From NCBI RefSeq assembly GCF_964204645.1, contig NC_134026.1:7897950-7961949 (forward strand): DNA of 64,000 bases, read 5' to 3'. Under the pieces are notes generated by a model, which worked only from the letters and a program-made list of their open reading frames with translations, searched no databases and was not told the DNA's origin. Origin of the DNA: Tubulanus polymorphus (taxonomy: Eukaryota > Animalia > Nemertea). The position numbers and the translations under genes were made by a program. Below, in pieces: positions 12,401 to 23,380 of this stretch (the stretch's first letter is position 1; every line of letters begins with the position of its first letter).

Positions 12401-14804
12401 CTACTACATTAGAACCTCATTACAGCCAACTTAACGGGACTAGAAAATATGTTCGTTTTAACTGATAGTTGGTTCATGAAATCGATTAGATCATCTGACT
12501 TGGGACGAAACTCTATATTTTTATATCCGATGATTGATTGTATCCGAGTTCGTTAAAACGAGGTTCCAACAAAGACTTTTAAACATAATAAAAGCTTGTG
12601 CGTCTAATAAACTAGTTAACCTATGAAGTAAGCTAGAGCGTCAAATAAACTAGTTAACCTATGAAGTAAGCTAGTGCGTCTAATAAACTAGTTAACCTAT
12701 GAAGTAAGCTAGTGCGTCAAATAAACTAGTTAACCTATCAAGAACTGCAATACTATACGCTGGTTTTTGGTAAAATTTGTCAAATGCCTAGAGTTTTTTC
12801 GAAATTTTTTTGATTCCAGGGCTGATTTTTGCCAGTTTTACAAGTCAGTGGCCACCCTGTGAGTGACGATCTCACCTAGTTATCATCCTCCCTCCACTCC
12901 CCTAACAATGATCACCATCCCTAACAGTCATCGCCCCTTCCCTCAACGAAGATCTCTTGACTTACCTTCATCAAAGTCTTCATCATCGTTGTGTCTCGGA
13001 AACGAGAAACAGTTCGTTATTTCTAGGATTCTTTCATTTCCCGTGGGGCTATCAACGACTAGACCTAATAGAACCCCCTGAACTGGGTCATGACCCCCCT
13101 GAGATTCCTCTTGACAATGTTTAATTATCTTCATTACAACCTGAAATATACAATAGATTGCATTGTATTTTAAACCGCACAGTAAGTGAGGAGTCTGGTA
13201 GTATCTATCTTAATGCTCAGCAGGGATAACACACCGGTACCAGATCACTGAGCTATTCACAAAATGTCACTCTAGCGTGCCAGGGTTTACTGATAACTTC
13301 CCAAAGACGCCAACAAAAATGCTGACCACAGACACTTCATTGCCATTAGTCTATTACACTGCCCAAGGCAGAGGCGCGTTGGAAGCAATGTTTTATTGCT
13401 GCGGCCAAATGCCGATTTTGGACGGATTCTTAATATTGCCGCGGCGAATTGACTTAATTTCTTTAAAAAACATGGTATTCAAAGAAAAAACGTCATTCAG
13501 TAAATTATTGCCGCGACTTTGGCCACTGCTCTATGTATTTAGCCAATCAGATGTATATTATGGTATTGAGAGATAGAGCAGATCTGTCTTTAGAAAACAA
13601 CACATCTGAAACTGATTGGCTAGATATATATTCTGTGGCAGCTGAGTGGTAAGGTAACCTGTGACCACAGGTGCTTGTAAACTGGCTTGGATTTTACTTC
13701 CGGGTTGTTGATAATCTCGCGAGAATGGCGCTAATTTTAAACTGCAAATAAATTCAAAATATCACAGAATAACCTCTTGTTGATATTGTTTATTTATCCA
13801 CTATAGAGTTCCGATAAACAATTGGCTGTTAAGGGTCAGTATCAGCGGGCGCGACACCTTACTATATTAAAATAACAAGGGATGAAACGGCTTCGCTTTT
13901 GCCTGTGACCGTATTGATGCGGCGGAAACCACTGCGCATGCGCGCGGCAACTTTCCGAAAGGTTAAGATCAGTTCAAGTTCAATTGATTTTTCTCAAAAA
14001 CCTCTTTCAAGCCAAGGCAATCACACTTCTAAGGAAAGTATCAATTTTTGAATTGATGTAGAAAAACTATAAATTGTTGTTTGATTGACAGCTCACTAGC
14101 GCTCGGAAGTTGCCGCGCATGCGCAGTGGTTTCCGCCGCATCAATACGGTCACAGGCAAAAGCGAAGCCGTTTCATCCCTTGTTATTTTAATATAGTAAG
14201 GTGTCGCGCCCGCTGATACTGATCCTTAACAGCCAATTGTTCATCGGAACTCTATAGTGGATAAATAAACAACATCAACAAGAGGTTATTCTGTGATATT
14301 TTGAATTTATTTGCAGTTTAAATTTAGCGCCATTCTCGCGAGATTATCAACAACCCGGAAGTAAAATCCAAGCCAGTTTACAAGCCCCTGTGCTGTGACG
14401 TGTGCAATATCATATCAAGAAGAAATCACGCCACGGGCGTACAGGGTAGAGAAGGACAGGGGTCTGCGGACTGGGAGGGTCTGGTTAGCAAGGATGGGAT
14501 CTGTGCAGTAATAATCTAACGATGCTATCAGGTTTGAATCCGTGACGGGAAAATTAGCCGGGTACTGTATTTTAGCATACTGCGGCAGGCGAGTGAAGAG
14601 CAGTATGGCAGATCGCCGGTTTTTGGGGACATATTTCACTAAATTCCGACTTATTTCTGACGAATCAAATCAATTATTTCCATTCACAGTTATCCAATGT
14701 TTAAATCGTGTGAATAAAATAGTAAATAAATCACTAACCAGTCCGTCTAACTGAACATATGATAAAGGAACATCCTTCACGGGTTTCGCGGTGGTGGCAG
14801 CCAT
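9459..14804 (-). CDS. EIF3H: Eukaryotic translation initiation factor 3 subunit H, 7 coding exons, ~339 aa
   Basis: Exons 14804-14739, 13140-12966, 12158-11991, 11557-11458, 10962-10813, 9937-9802, 9683-9459 with GT-AG and consistent phases. Motifs [47 protein letters not shown]. Confidence 0.96.
10068..10432. mobile_element. TA-flanked MITE (Tc1/mariner-type) with long imperfect TIRs, in EIF3H intron 5
   Basis: TA-CGGAAGCGATTAAGGACCTCGAG ... CTCGAGGCCCTTTATCGCTACCG-TA, with ~110-bp inverted arms. Truncated copies at 39561-39853 and 46434-46510. Confidence 0.8.
10588..10742. mobile_element. Inverted pair of Penelope-like (pLTR) fragments with minimal hammerhead-ribozyme-like motif
   Basis: ~70-bp imperfect inverted arms. 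The + arm reads CAC-CTGATGA-C-GCTA..TAGC-GAAA-GC-TT-GTG followed by ATCAAATAGATAG. Confidence 0.55.
10995..11250. repeat. Degenerate ~40-bp tandem repeat (GAGCATACATT core) in EIF3H intron
   Basis: Recurrent GGGAGCATACATT-like motif at roughly 40-bp spacing. Confidence 0.6.
11603..11970. repeat. Minisatellite of ~20/40-bp units (TTGGATCAGAGTC / TTGGATCAGTG) in EIF3H intron
   Basis: Directly visible tandem units. Confidence 0.85.
12591..12740. repeat. 38-bp tandem repeat x4 (AAGCTAGTGCGTCAAATAAACTAGTTAACCTATGAAGT)
   Basis: Four near-identical units resembling the tail of the 10588-10742 arms. Confidence 0.9.
13666..14392. mobile_element. Foldback MITE with ~290-bp near-perfect TIRs and 7-bp TSD (P-element-like), EIF3H intron 1
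   Basis: Termini CACAGGTGCTTG...CAAGCCCCTGTG. TSD CTGTGAC at 13659-13665 and 14393-14399. Arms ~13666-13958 and ~14102-14392. Confidence 0.9.
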
Positions 14805-15277
14805 CTTGAAAAACTGCCGGATTGAGAACCGGACAGAATACCGTGTAGTCCGCTCCGTATGCGTCCGGTCCGGTGTCAATTAAATAGTGTTAGAATTATT
14901 AATCCATAGTTCTATGTTAATCCACATGCTGGATTATTCTCGCAGATATTGTAAATAAATACTTCATTACTTTTTGCAAGTAAATTCCAGTTATAGCTTT
15001 AGAATTAGAGTGATTGAATTGAATTGATTTCAAAATGGCAGCGCCCATGAGATCGAAATTTTGAGAAAATCATTCACATTTAGCCTCGTATTTACCCCCG
15101 TATTCAGTCAAAATCATAAAACTCCAATCAAACAAAGGTTAGTTACTATTCAAATTAGAAAATACTCATTTGGCTGAAATAATTCTGTTTTGAAATGAGA
15201 AAATCTACGCCGAATTAACAAATTCAATCAAAACTCGATTTATGTTTAAATTAAGTTTTTTTTTTTATTGATTGCAG

Positions 15278-17091
15278 ATGAAGATTAAACGATTAAAGCA
15301 CACGCGTAAAGTGATGAATTTCTACCGTACTAATTTCGGTATCACTGCTCCGTATAGCGTTTTGATTGACGGGACATTCTGTAAATCGGCTTTACTCTTT
15401 AAAATCAGTATCAATGAACAATTACCGAAATATTTAGACGCGGAAGTGAAGCTTTGTACAACTCGATGCTGTTTGAATGAATGCGAATCATTAGGTCAGC
15501 GTGTTTTATTACTCAGGGTTCTTATGATTGATCATGAAATTCAGGGAATTCTGACTACTGACTTTTTTCCGGAAAAAGTCGGGTACCTGTACTGTATTTT
15601 TGTGTCTTGTTGTTTTTGCTGATGACGAGTGACAAAAGGAAGTGAGGATATCTATGATTCAATCAGGGAATTTGAATTTTTGGTGTCTTGTTGTTTTTGC
15701 CAGTGAAGAGTGTCACAAGGTACCTCTTGATAAGAAACAGCTCCAACTGAGGGTATCTTATCATTTAATCCAGGGAATCTTAGTTTTTGGTGTCTTGTTC
15801 TTGCTGGTGACGAGTGTCACAACGAACCTCTTGATAAGAAACGGCCCCAACTGAGGCATATATTTATAATCATAGCAATTCATACAAAAAAAAGCTTGAA
15901 AGATAAAGATGAATATCACAAGTTACAAATAAACCACAAACGATGAAAGCAGAAAAACCCAGATATTTACGTACATTACAATCAAATCAAAAAGTTGAAA
16001 ATCCATAGAAGCAAAAACAGTACAAATCTCATTTTCTAATCAATTAAATATCTTAACATCTAATCATGGTGTTATTTGTCTTTTTCTGGTCAAACATTCA
16101 TTAGATTATGATACTTACAGTATGTGGTTATTGTTGTTTTAGGTACAATGATGTACGGCCCTTTGAAGATTCTGCGTCAATTTCAACTTGTTGAATGTAA
16201 ACATGAAACGGTTCGAGCTGTTGGGTCGTGTCTGTTTAATACTGCAAGGAAAAATCAACGATATTTTGTTGCAACTCAGGTAAATATAGTTAAATACTAG
16301 TGGGAAACCTTGTTACTTTTGGGGAACATTTGTTCGTTTTATCCAGTGATGATGAATTTCAACTGAGAATTAACTCTAACTCAAAACTGTGGAACTAGGT
16401 CCATCCTGAGTTCAGGACCCAGTTCCACAGTTGTGAGTTAGAGTTAACTCTCATTTAAAGTTAGTTCATTTTCAATGTGTTAACCCAGAGTCAAATCTTA
16501 ACTCGGAACTGTGGAACTGGCCCAGAATTATGACTCTTATCACAACTGTGGAACTGGATCCTGAGTTCAGAGTCAACACATTGAAGATGAACTAATTTCA
16601 ACTCAGAATCATTAAACTCACATACTGTGGAAGTGGATCCTGAATATTGTTTCGACTGATTTCATCCTTAGGATTCAGAGCTCAGTGAAAAAGTGAGAAA
16701 GAAAGGTGGAATTCCGCTGTTATACATTTCACACAATACGATCAACTTGGAAACTCCTTCAAATAAATCAGAAATAAAAGCAAAAACTAAATTAGACGAA
16801 AAATTAGTAGCGCCAAGTGAACACCAGCAGGAGAGATTAAAACAGCTGAAAATACTGGAGTTTGGTGAACAGGAAGAGATAACTAAGAAGAAAAAGAAGA
16901 AAAGAGGCGGCCCGAATCCGTTGTCTTGTAAAAAGAAAAAACTGAAACCCTCTGCGACCGCAGTGGCAGCGGGGACTCAAAATAATCCGATAACGGATAA
17001 AAAACGGTCGAGAAAACGACGTAAAAGAATTAAACTATCTGAGCACGTGAAACAGACTATAAAAACCAGTACTACAGTGAATCATGTCTAA
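15278..17091 (+). CDS. UTP23: rRNA-processing protein UTP23 (PIN/Fcf1-like), 3 coding exons, ~257 aa
   Basis: Exons 15278-15494, 16143-16279, 16672-17091. Motifs MKIKRLKH, PYSVLIDGTFC, LCTTRC, YFVATQD, GGPNPLSCKKKK. Confidence 0.95.
16350..16645. mobile_element. Cluster of short MITE copies/fragments (CCAGTTCCACAG...CTGTGGAACTGG) in UTP23 intron 2
   Basis: Repeated ACTGTGGAACTGG termini; an inverted partner CCAGTTCCACAGTT lies at ~16419. Confidence 0.65.
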
Positions 17092-17161
17092 AGATTGTCA
17101 CAAAGATAATTAGATTGTAAAGATTACTTTATTGGAAAAAAAACTGTACATTTTTTCAGTG

Positions 17162-17234
17162 AATAACAATGAAATTCTAATCCTCACCTTGAGAAACAGT
17201 TTCTCAAGGTGAGGATTAGAATTTCATCGTTATT
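17162..17234. repeat. Near-perfect 73-bp palindrome in the UTP23 3' UTR
   Basis: 36-bp arms AATAACAATGAAATTCTAATCCTCACCTTGAGAAAC, 1-nt centre, one mismatch. It lies upstream of AATAAA at ~17348. Confidence 0.95.
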
Positions 17235-18574
17235 TGAAACTGTGGCTTTCTCGAACCGGGTGCTGTTTGTAAAAATTACCATATCGTAAAATTTACTTCA
17301 TTGTAAAATTAATTGCCATGTAAAAAAATGAATATTGTTATTGTATAAATAAATGTTTTATCAATAATTGCTGAGGCAGTTTTCACTGTTTGACTACTGT
17401 TGTACGTTTGAACGTACTTAAACTGTAAGGATTATAATGAAGGATTTAGAGGGTATGAGAGAGAGTTATGTAACTGGTTCGCACCGCCGCAGAGAGAACG
17501 GGAGAGAGGAATGTCTAAGGTACTTTAATAAATAAACACACTGTTTACACGTACTAGCTATACGCGATGTATTTTTTCACACAACCGGGAGTGAGAGGTT
17601 AATACTAACGGCGCATATGAAATACAGTGTGGATATTATGAAAGGTAAGTACAGGAAAATTAGGTTTGCCAAGTAAGCCACCTCAAGCACTTGCACTTCT
17701 GACCCGATGGTCTCGATACTGAATCCGAAAAATCACGTGTTTTCAATCTTTCAATTTCTACGTAGTGGGTTTTAGTTTTATCACCGACACCATAAGGCCA
17801 TGGTTGTTTTAGTGCTCATCAGTTGGATCAGGCCCTTGTCGAATCATGAACTGCTATGTGGCCTACTCGGCAATTAGTCAATATTTGCCTGATGTGACTT
17901 TACAAATAAACAGTTTTTCTTTCCGATAACTGGTAGTCCCTCGGTGCACTACATGATGATTTTTGTCGGCAGTAATATTCCTGTCTTAAAATCGCTGAGC
18001 GTTTTTAGAGCACCTAAAATTTCAAATTTCCTGGCCTTCTACTCAGGAGCTACAATATTACTTTGAGCAGTACTCAGATTTTACAATTGATCCACCACGT
18101 ATTTCTACCTGTAATTTTCCTAACAGATTTTCCAGTTCAGATGTTTTACTATATCATAATTTCACCATTTACAATGAATTCTTGAACAACGAACATTCAT
18201 ATTTAATCTAGTTACATTTAAATTCTACACAAATAATAAACTTCCACAAAAACTGAGTAAATTTTAAGTTTTCTGAGAATTTATTTTCGATTCTCTGCTT
18301 AACAATAAATCTTACAAATGAATTGTAGCTGTAATAAAGAATCTAATGTTATCTTTATATTCAAGTTGAATTGATTTTCTTATACGCCAGAAGACACGGT
18401 CTGTTCCAGAACAGACAATCAGCACTCTCAGACCGTCAGTACACTCTCGGACAGTCAATACACTCTCAGACAGTCAGCACACTCTCAGACAGTCAGTACA
18501 CTCTCAGACAGTCAGTACACTCTCAGACAGTCCAGTACACTCTCAGCAGACAGACACTTTGATCCTCATAAATT

Positions 18575-19525
18575 ATGAATTATACTCAGATGCAAATCGG
18601 CAGAACTTTTAGCAGTTATATTGTCATCATGTCAGTTGTTAACAGATCTGGAATCTACCGTACTGTGTCACTAGTCATTCTCCCTTTGGTGATCTTGTTT
18701 GGAGCGTTTGGAAATTCAGCTACTTTCCTGATAATGATAAGTCACAGATTCCGTAGTTTATCTTACGCTAACTATCTTATCGTTTTGGCTCTCAGTGATT
18801 CTGTGTACTGTATCAATTTTACACTGATGCCTGTATTACAGTTTGTTCTCTTGCACGTTGAAGATGGTCCAATATTCATCATGAATTCACTGATCAGTTG
18901 TCAAATCTACGAATTTGTAATGATACTGGCATGTTGCAACAGTTCGTGGTTAATAGTAGCAATATCTCTCGAACGTGCGGCAGTTGTGCTCTTCCCGTTC
19001 ACATCTCGTTTGATTTGTACACCGAGATTCGCTAGATTTGGTACATTGATAATTACTGCAGTAAATGTACTGGTTCTATATCTCCTACCTACTTTGTCAA
19101 TACATTTCACCGACCAGTTTTTCGGATGTTACTATGAATTATTTGAGCAATTAACATATTTCTCTCTGATTGTTGCCCACGTTTACATCCTACCATTAAT
19201 TTTGATTGTAATATTCAATTCAGTAATAATAATCAAGTTATTCAGAGGTTCAAAAATGGTTTCGTCTGATCAGAAAACTACAAAATCGAAACGTACGACA
19301 ATAATGCTTGTAACAGTTTCACTCGCATTTGCAATATTCACACTTCCAACCACTATTCCTCATTATGTACCAATCTCACCGAAGCAGAGAGATTTTCTTT
19401 TAGACATATTTGTTCAGTTTCAAGTTTTAAACTATGTGGTAAATTTTTACATTTATCTTTTACTGGGACGAGAAATTCGTGAATATTTCTGTATGAAAAT
19501 CCGCTGTAGAAATTCAGACAAATAA
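18575..19525 (+). CDS. Intronless class A orphan GPCR, copy 3, 316 aa
   Basis: Full 7TM ORF with all family motifs. Confidence 0.93.
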   Translation: MNYTQMQIGRTFSSYIVIMSVVNRSGIYRTVSLVILPLVILFGAFGNSATFLIMISHRFRSLSYANYLIVLALSDSVYCINFTLMPVLQFVLLHVEDGPIFIMNSLISCQIYEFVMILACCNSSWLIVAISLERAAVVLFPFTSRLICTPRFARFGTLIITAVNVLVLYLLPTLSIHFTDQFFGCYYELFEQLTYFSLIVAHVYILPLILIVIFNSVIIIKLFRGSKMVSSDQKTTKSKRTTIMLVTVSLAFAIFTLPTTIPHYVPISPKQRDFLLDIFVQFQVLNYVVNFYIYLLLGREIREYFCMKIRCRNSDK

Positions 19526-20280
19526 CCATTGATTTCAGCCGGGGTCCTTATCTTTCATAAACGACAGTAGATTCCGCTTGCATCGGACAAGATATTTCAA
19601 CTTTCAGGACTTTCTCATTTTGATTTCATTTTCAAATAAAAATCCATTTTACGTTTTCCTTTGGAGGAATTATGCCCCCAATTTGAATCTAGGTTTAGGC
19701 TCAACATTTAGGCTTTAAGGAGTGGAAATATTTCTATATTAAGAATTAAGAACTGCCTCTCAGAACTCCTGTATTGCTACTGTCCTGTGTACTGAATATT
19801 GAACGGATGCTATTTTGACCTGTCTTTTCCCTGTATAGAGATGAAAGACATCTCCCAAACTGCTCCGATGTTTAACAATAAGATATTTCACCGTATATCT
19901 GTATTTAATTTAGCTACATTAATATTTTGCAAGATAGTCAACTTTCACAGAATTTGAGATAAATTGTGTTATATTTCTGAGAATTAATTCTTCATTTGAT
20001 GATTAAATATTAGAATGAAAATTAAGGGTAGAATGTGACAAATCAGTGTGGTGACTCGATCTCTAACAATACTTGCTATAATTTTCTGATAACAACACTT
20101 TCTTATCAAATCAATGAAATGAATAAAATGGAATATCATTCTCTGATTTTCAGAGCCAGTTTTTCATTGATTTTATGTAATTTCCTACTAAAAATGTCAT
20201 TCTGCCTGAAAATTTTGAAGTGTTTTTCCGAGGCAAGCGCAGTTTCCTGTAAGTTAGGACAAGAAAGAAGTAATTCATCA

Positions 20281-20535
20281 ATGGTTATTTGACTGAATTT
20301 CCACAGCAGATTTTCATAAGGAAATATTCACGAATATCTCGTCCCAGTTAAAGATATATGTAAAAATTTACCATATAGTTACAAACATGGACTTGAGAGA
20401 AAATTTCCAGAAGAAATGCTCTTTGTCCTGTGAGATTGGTAAAAATGTAATAATCGTGTTTGGAATTGTTGATATTACGAATGAATACCAGTGAAACTGT
20501 TACAAGCATTATTGTTGTACGTTTTGATTTTGTAC
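20281..20535 (-). pseudogene. Inverted GPCR 3' fragment (ICL3 to C terminus)
   Basis: The minus strand encodes STKSKRTTIMLVTVSL...CNYMVNFYIYL with indels. Confidence 0.85.
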
Positions 20536-21310
20536 TTTCCTGCCAGTCACAACGTCTACCAGACAATCCCTTGCACTCGAGCGCAGTGATCCAATGGTTT
20601 TCGGATATATCCCAGCTTTGACTAATCATTTCAAGTGATTACTCAGGTTCAAATCTAGGCTTATGAGTTCGACATTTTGTCATTTTATTTAAAAGATGGA
20701 AAATTCCTTTTTCATGACGTAAATAACTACCTATGAAAACTCCGCTGTCCTGTGTATCTGAGTATCTGTGTGTATTTTATATGGTTGAATAAAGAACTGA
20801 TGCTATTTTGTCCTGGAAGGCAATCAGTGACATCTGGAAATATTCTATTTATATTTAATTATTTTTTTCTGTAGAATACAGAAATAACACAAGATGTATC
20901 CCACTAAAATCAGCTCTTACGAGTTATCGATTTCAGTGGAAACTGTTTTTAACAGATAAATATTTGCCATTTTCTTTGATGCTTCAGCTCTGCAACTTGT
21001 AGCCGATTCAGGAGACTGCGAATCCGTTTATAACCTTTTACTATACTCGTTTATACTCATCATGATAGTTGGAGCCATCACAGGTTCGCGTATATGGAAC
21101 CTCGTTACGACGAACTTCAAGGGACTAGAAGATATCCAGTATGGAATTATAGAAATTGTCTTGTTCCGGACGAAAATCTAGGCTTCTGATGACCGATAAA
21201 TTGTTATAACGAGGTTCAACTGTGGTGCATTTTAATTCCATTTTCAAGGCTTTGGTTGTTGTCAGTTGGATCATGCCTTGGTTGAATCACGAACTGATAC
21301 TATTCTGACC

Positions 21311-21482
21311 CACAGGGGCTCGTATTTGAAGTTTGGGGGTGAACTGTAGCTTAGATCATCCAGTATCCCTGGTACTATATGTATATATAAAACGAATATT
21401 CTTTTTACACATATAGTACCCGGGATACTTTGGATGATCTAAGCTACAGTTCACCCCCAAACTTCAAATGCGAGCCCCTGTG
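21311..21482. mobile_element. 172-bp palindromic MITE with CACAGGGG termini and ~8-bp TSD (P-like)
   Basis: CACAGGGGCTCG...CGAGCCCCTGTG; flanks TTCTGACC/TTTTGACC. The empty site GCTATTTTGACCTGT is seen in paralogous modules (e.g. ~19809). Confidence 0.88.
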
Positions 21483-21743
21483 TTTTGACCTTTGGTTTCC
21501 ACGTAAAGAACTGATAGATATTTTCCAACCTGTTCAGAAGTTTTACAATAACATATTTCACAATTTACAATGAATTCCTGTATAGCAATATGTTTGATTT
21601 AGTTACATTCATATTTTACACAAACTAATAAACTTTCACAAATCTGAGTAAATTGTGTTAGATTTCTGAGAATTGGATTTTCTATTTGCCTGTAGCATGC
21701 ATATGAATTGTAGCTGTGATAAAGACTTTAATGTTATCTTTAT

Positions 21744-21917
21744 TGTGGTATCTCAACTCAAGCACAAAACACTAACTACTTCTTGATTGACGTTAGATCT
21801 TTTATTCATCAGACTTGCGGCTGGATAGCCATCTTTAAATACATCATCTTTTACAACCGATAGGGCGCAATGCCGTATGTAACATTGTATTAACCCATTA
21901 ATCTCAAATACACTACA
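21744..21917 (-). mobile_element. Probable solo LTR inserted upstream of GPCR copy 4
   Basis: TGTGGT...ACTACA termini, flanks TTTAT/TTTAC, AATAAA on the minus strand. Absent from paralogous upstream modules. Confidence 0.65.
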
Positions 21918-22027
21918 TTTACATCAATAAGTTAAATTAATTTTCGGAAGATACGATCGCTTCCAGAACATTCTCACACATACTGTACACACACAGTCAG
22001 TACACTCTCATTTGATCCTCATGTATC

Positions 22028-22978
22028 ATGAATACTACTGAGATCCAAATTGGTCGATCCTACATTAGTTATATGGTTCTCATGTCTGGGGTAAACAGGT
22101 CTGGAATCTACCGTACTGTTACATTGGCCATTCTGCCTGCCTGGTTCATGTTTGGAGTCTTCGGAAATTCAGCTACTTTCCTGATAATGATAAGTCGAAG
22201 ATTCCGCAGTATATCTTACGCTAACTATCTAATCGTTTTGTCTCTCAGTGATTCAGTGTATTCCATCAATTTTACACTGATGCCTGTTTTACAGTTTGTT
22301 CTTTTCCACGTTAAAGGCGGTCCTATATTCATCATGAATTCACTGACCAGTTGCCAATGTTATGAATTTGTGACGGCGCTTTCACTTTGTAGTAGTTCGT
22401 GGTTAATAGTAGCGATATCTCTTGAACGTGTGGCTGTTGTGCTTTTCCCGTTCACATCTCGTTTGATATGTACACCGAGTTTCGCTAGATTTGCTATATT
22501 GATAATAAGTGCTGTAAATGTACTGTTTACATATCTCACACCTGCTTTGTCGATACATTTTACCGACCAGTTTTTCGGATGTTACTACAAATTAGTCGAC
22601 CAAATAACATATTTCTCTATGATTGTTGTCTACGTCAATGTCATACCGTTAACTGTGATTCTAACATCAAATTCTGTTATAATAGTTCAGTTATTCAAAG
22701 GGTCAAAAATGGTTTCGTCTGATCAGAAAACTACAAAATCAAAACGTACAACAATAATGCTTGTAACAGTTTCACTCGCATTTGCCATATTCACACTTCC
22801 AAACACTATTACTGCATTGTCACCAATCTCACCAGAACAGAGAGAATTTCTTTTTGACATTTTCACTCAGTTCTTTTTGTGTAATTTTGTGATAAATTTT
22901 TACATATATCTTTTACTGGGACGAGAAATTCGTGAATATTTCTGTATGAAAATCCGCTGTAGAAATTCAGACAAATAG
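22028..22978 (+). CDS. Intronless class A orphan GPCR, copy 4, 316 aa
   Basis: Full 7TM ORF with family motifs (ERVAVV variant). Confidence 0.93.
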   Translation: MNTTEIQIGRSYISYMVLMSGVNRSGIYRTVTLAILPAWFMFGVFGNSATFLIMISRRFRSISYANYLIVLSLSDSVYSINFTLMPVLQFVLFHVKGGPIFIMNSLTSCQCYEFVTALSLCSSSWLIVAISLERVAVVLFPFTSRLICTPSFARFAILIISAVNVLFTYLTPALSIHFTDQFFGCYYKLVDQITYFSMIVVYVNVIPLTVILTSNSVIIVQLFKGSKMVSSDQKTTKSKRTTIMLVTVSLAFAIFTLPNTITALSPISPEQREFLFDIFTQFFLCNFVINFYIYLLLGREIREYFCMKIRCRNSDK

Positions 22979-23178
22979 CCATTGATTTTGATTTGAAGTT
23001 TGGTTCAGTCTGCTGGAGTATTATCTTATTCTATTGTAATTATAATACGCCACCTTCCTTTGAATCTATGCACCACAGTAATTGCTACATTTGGTTCAAT
23101 CAAATAAAGGATAGTTGTAGCATCTCAAGTAGCAGGGATTCGAACCTGATGGCATCGAGATTACCATACCCTGCCACC

Positions 23179-23380
23179 CTAGACCGAGTGCGCAGGTACG
23201 TGCGCGGCATAGATGATGTCATTATCAGCCAATCAGATATCCCGTTTTATTTCAGCCCAGGTTTTACCATTTATAGTTCTTCCGTGAAATTTACCTCAGT
23301 GATTATACAAAAAGCAATTTGATTGGTGCCGCAAGTTTTCGCGCGGCAAAGCTGCGCACGTACCTGCGCACTCGTACTAG
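23179..23380. mobile_element. MITE nested in the Copia 5' LTR insertion
   Basis: TIRs CTAGACCGAGTGCGCAGGTACGTGCGC ... GCGCACGTACCTGCGCACTCGTACTAG. Confidence 0.8.

Noticed and set aside
15035-15064. Upstream ATG as UTP23 start (MAAPMRSKF*)
   Set aside because: The frame stops after 9 codons; the homologous start is MKIKR at 15278.
15590-15856. Hammerhead-like CTGATGA in three degenerate repeats in UTP23 intron 1
   Set aside because: No stem II or GAAA geometry; treated as a degenerate local repeat.
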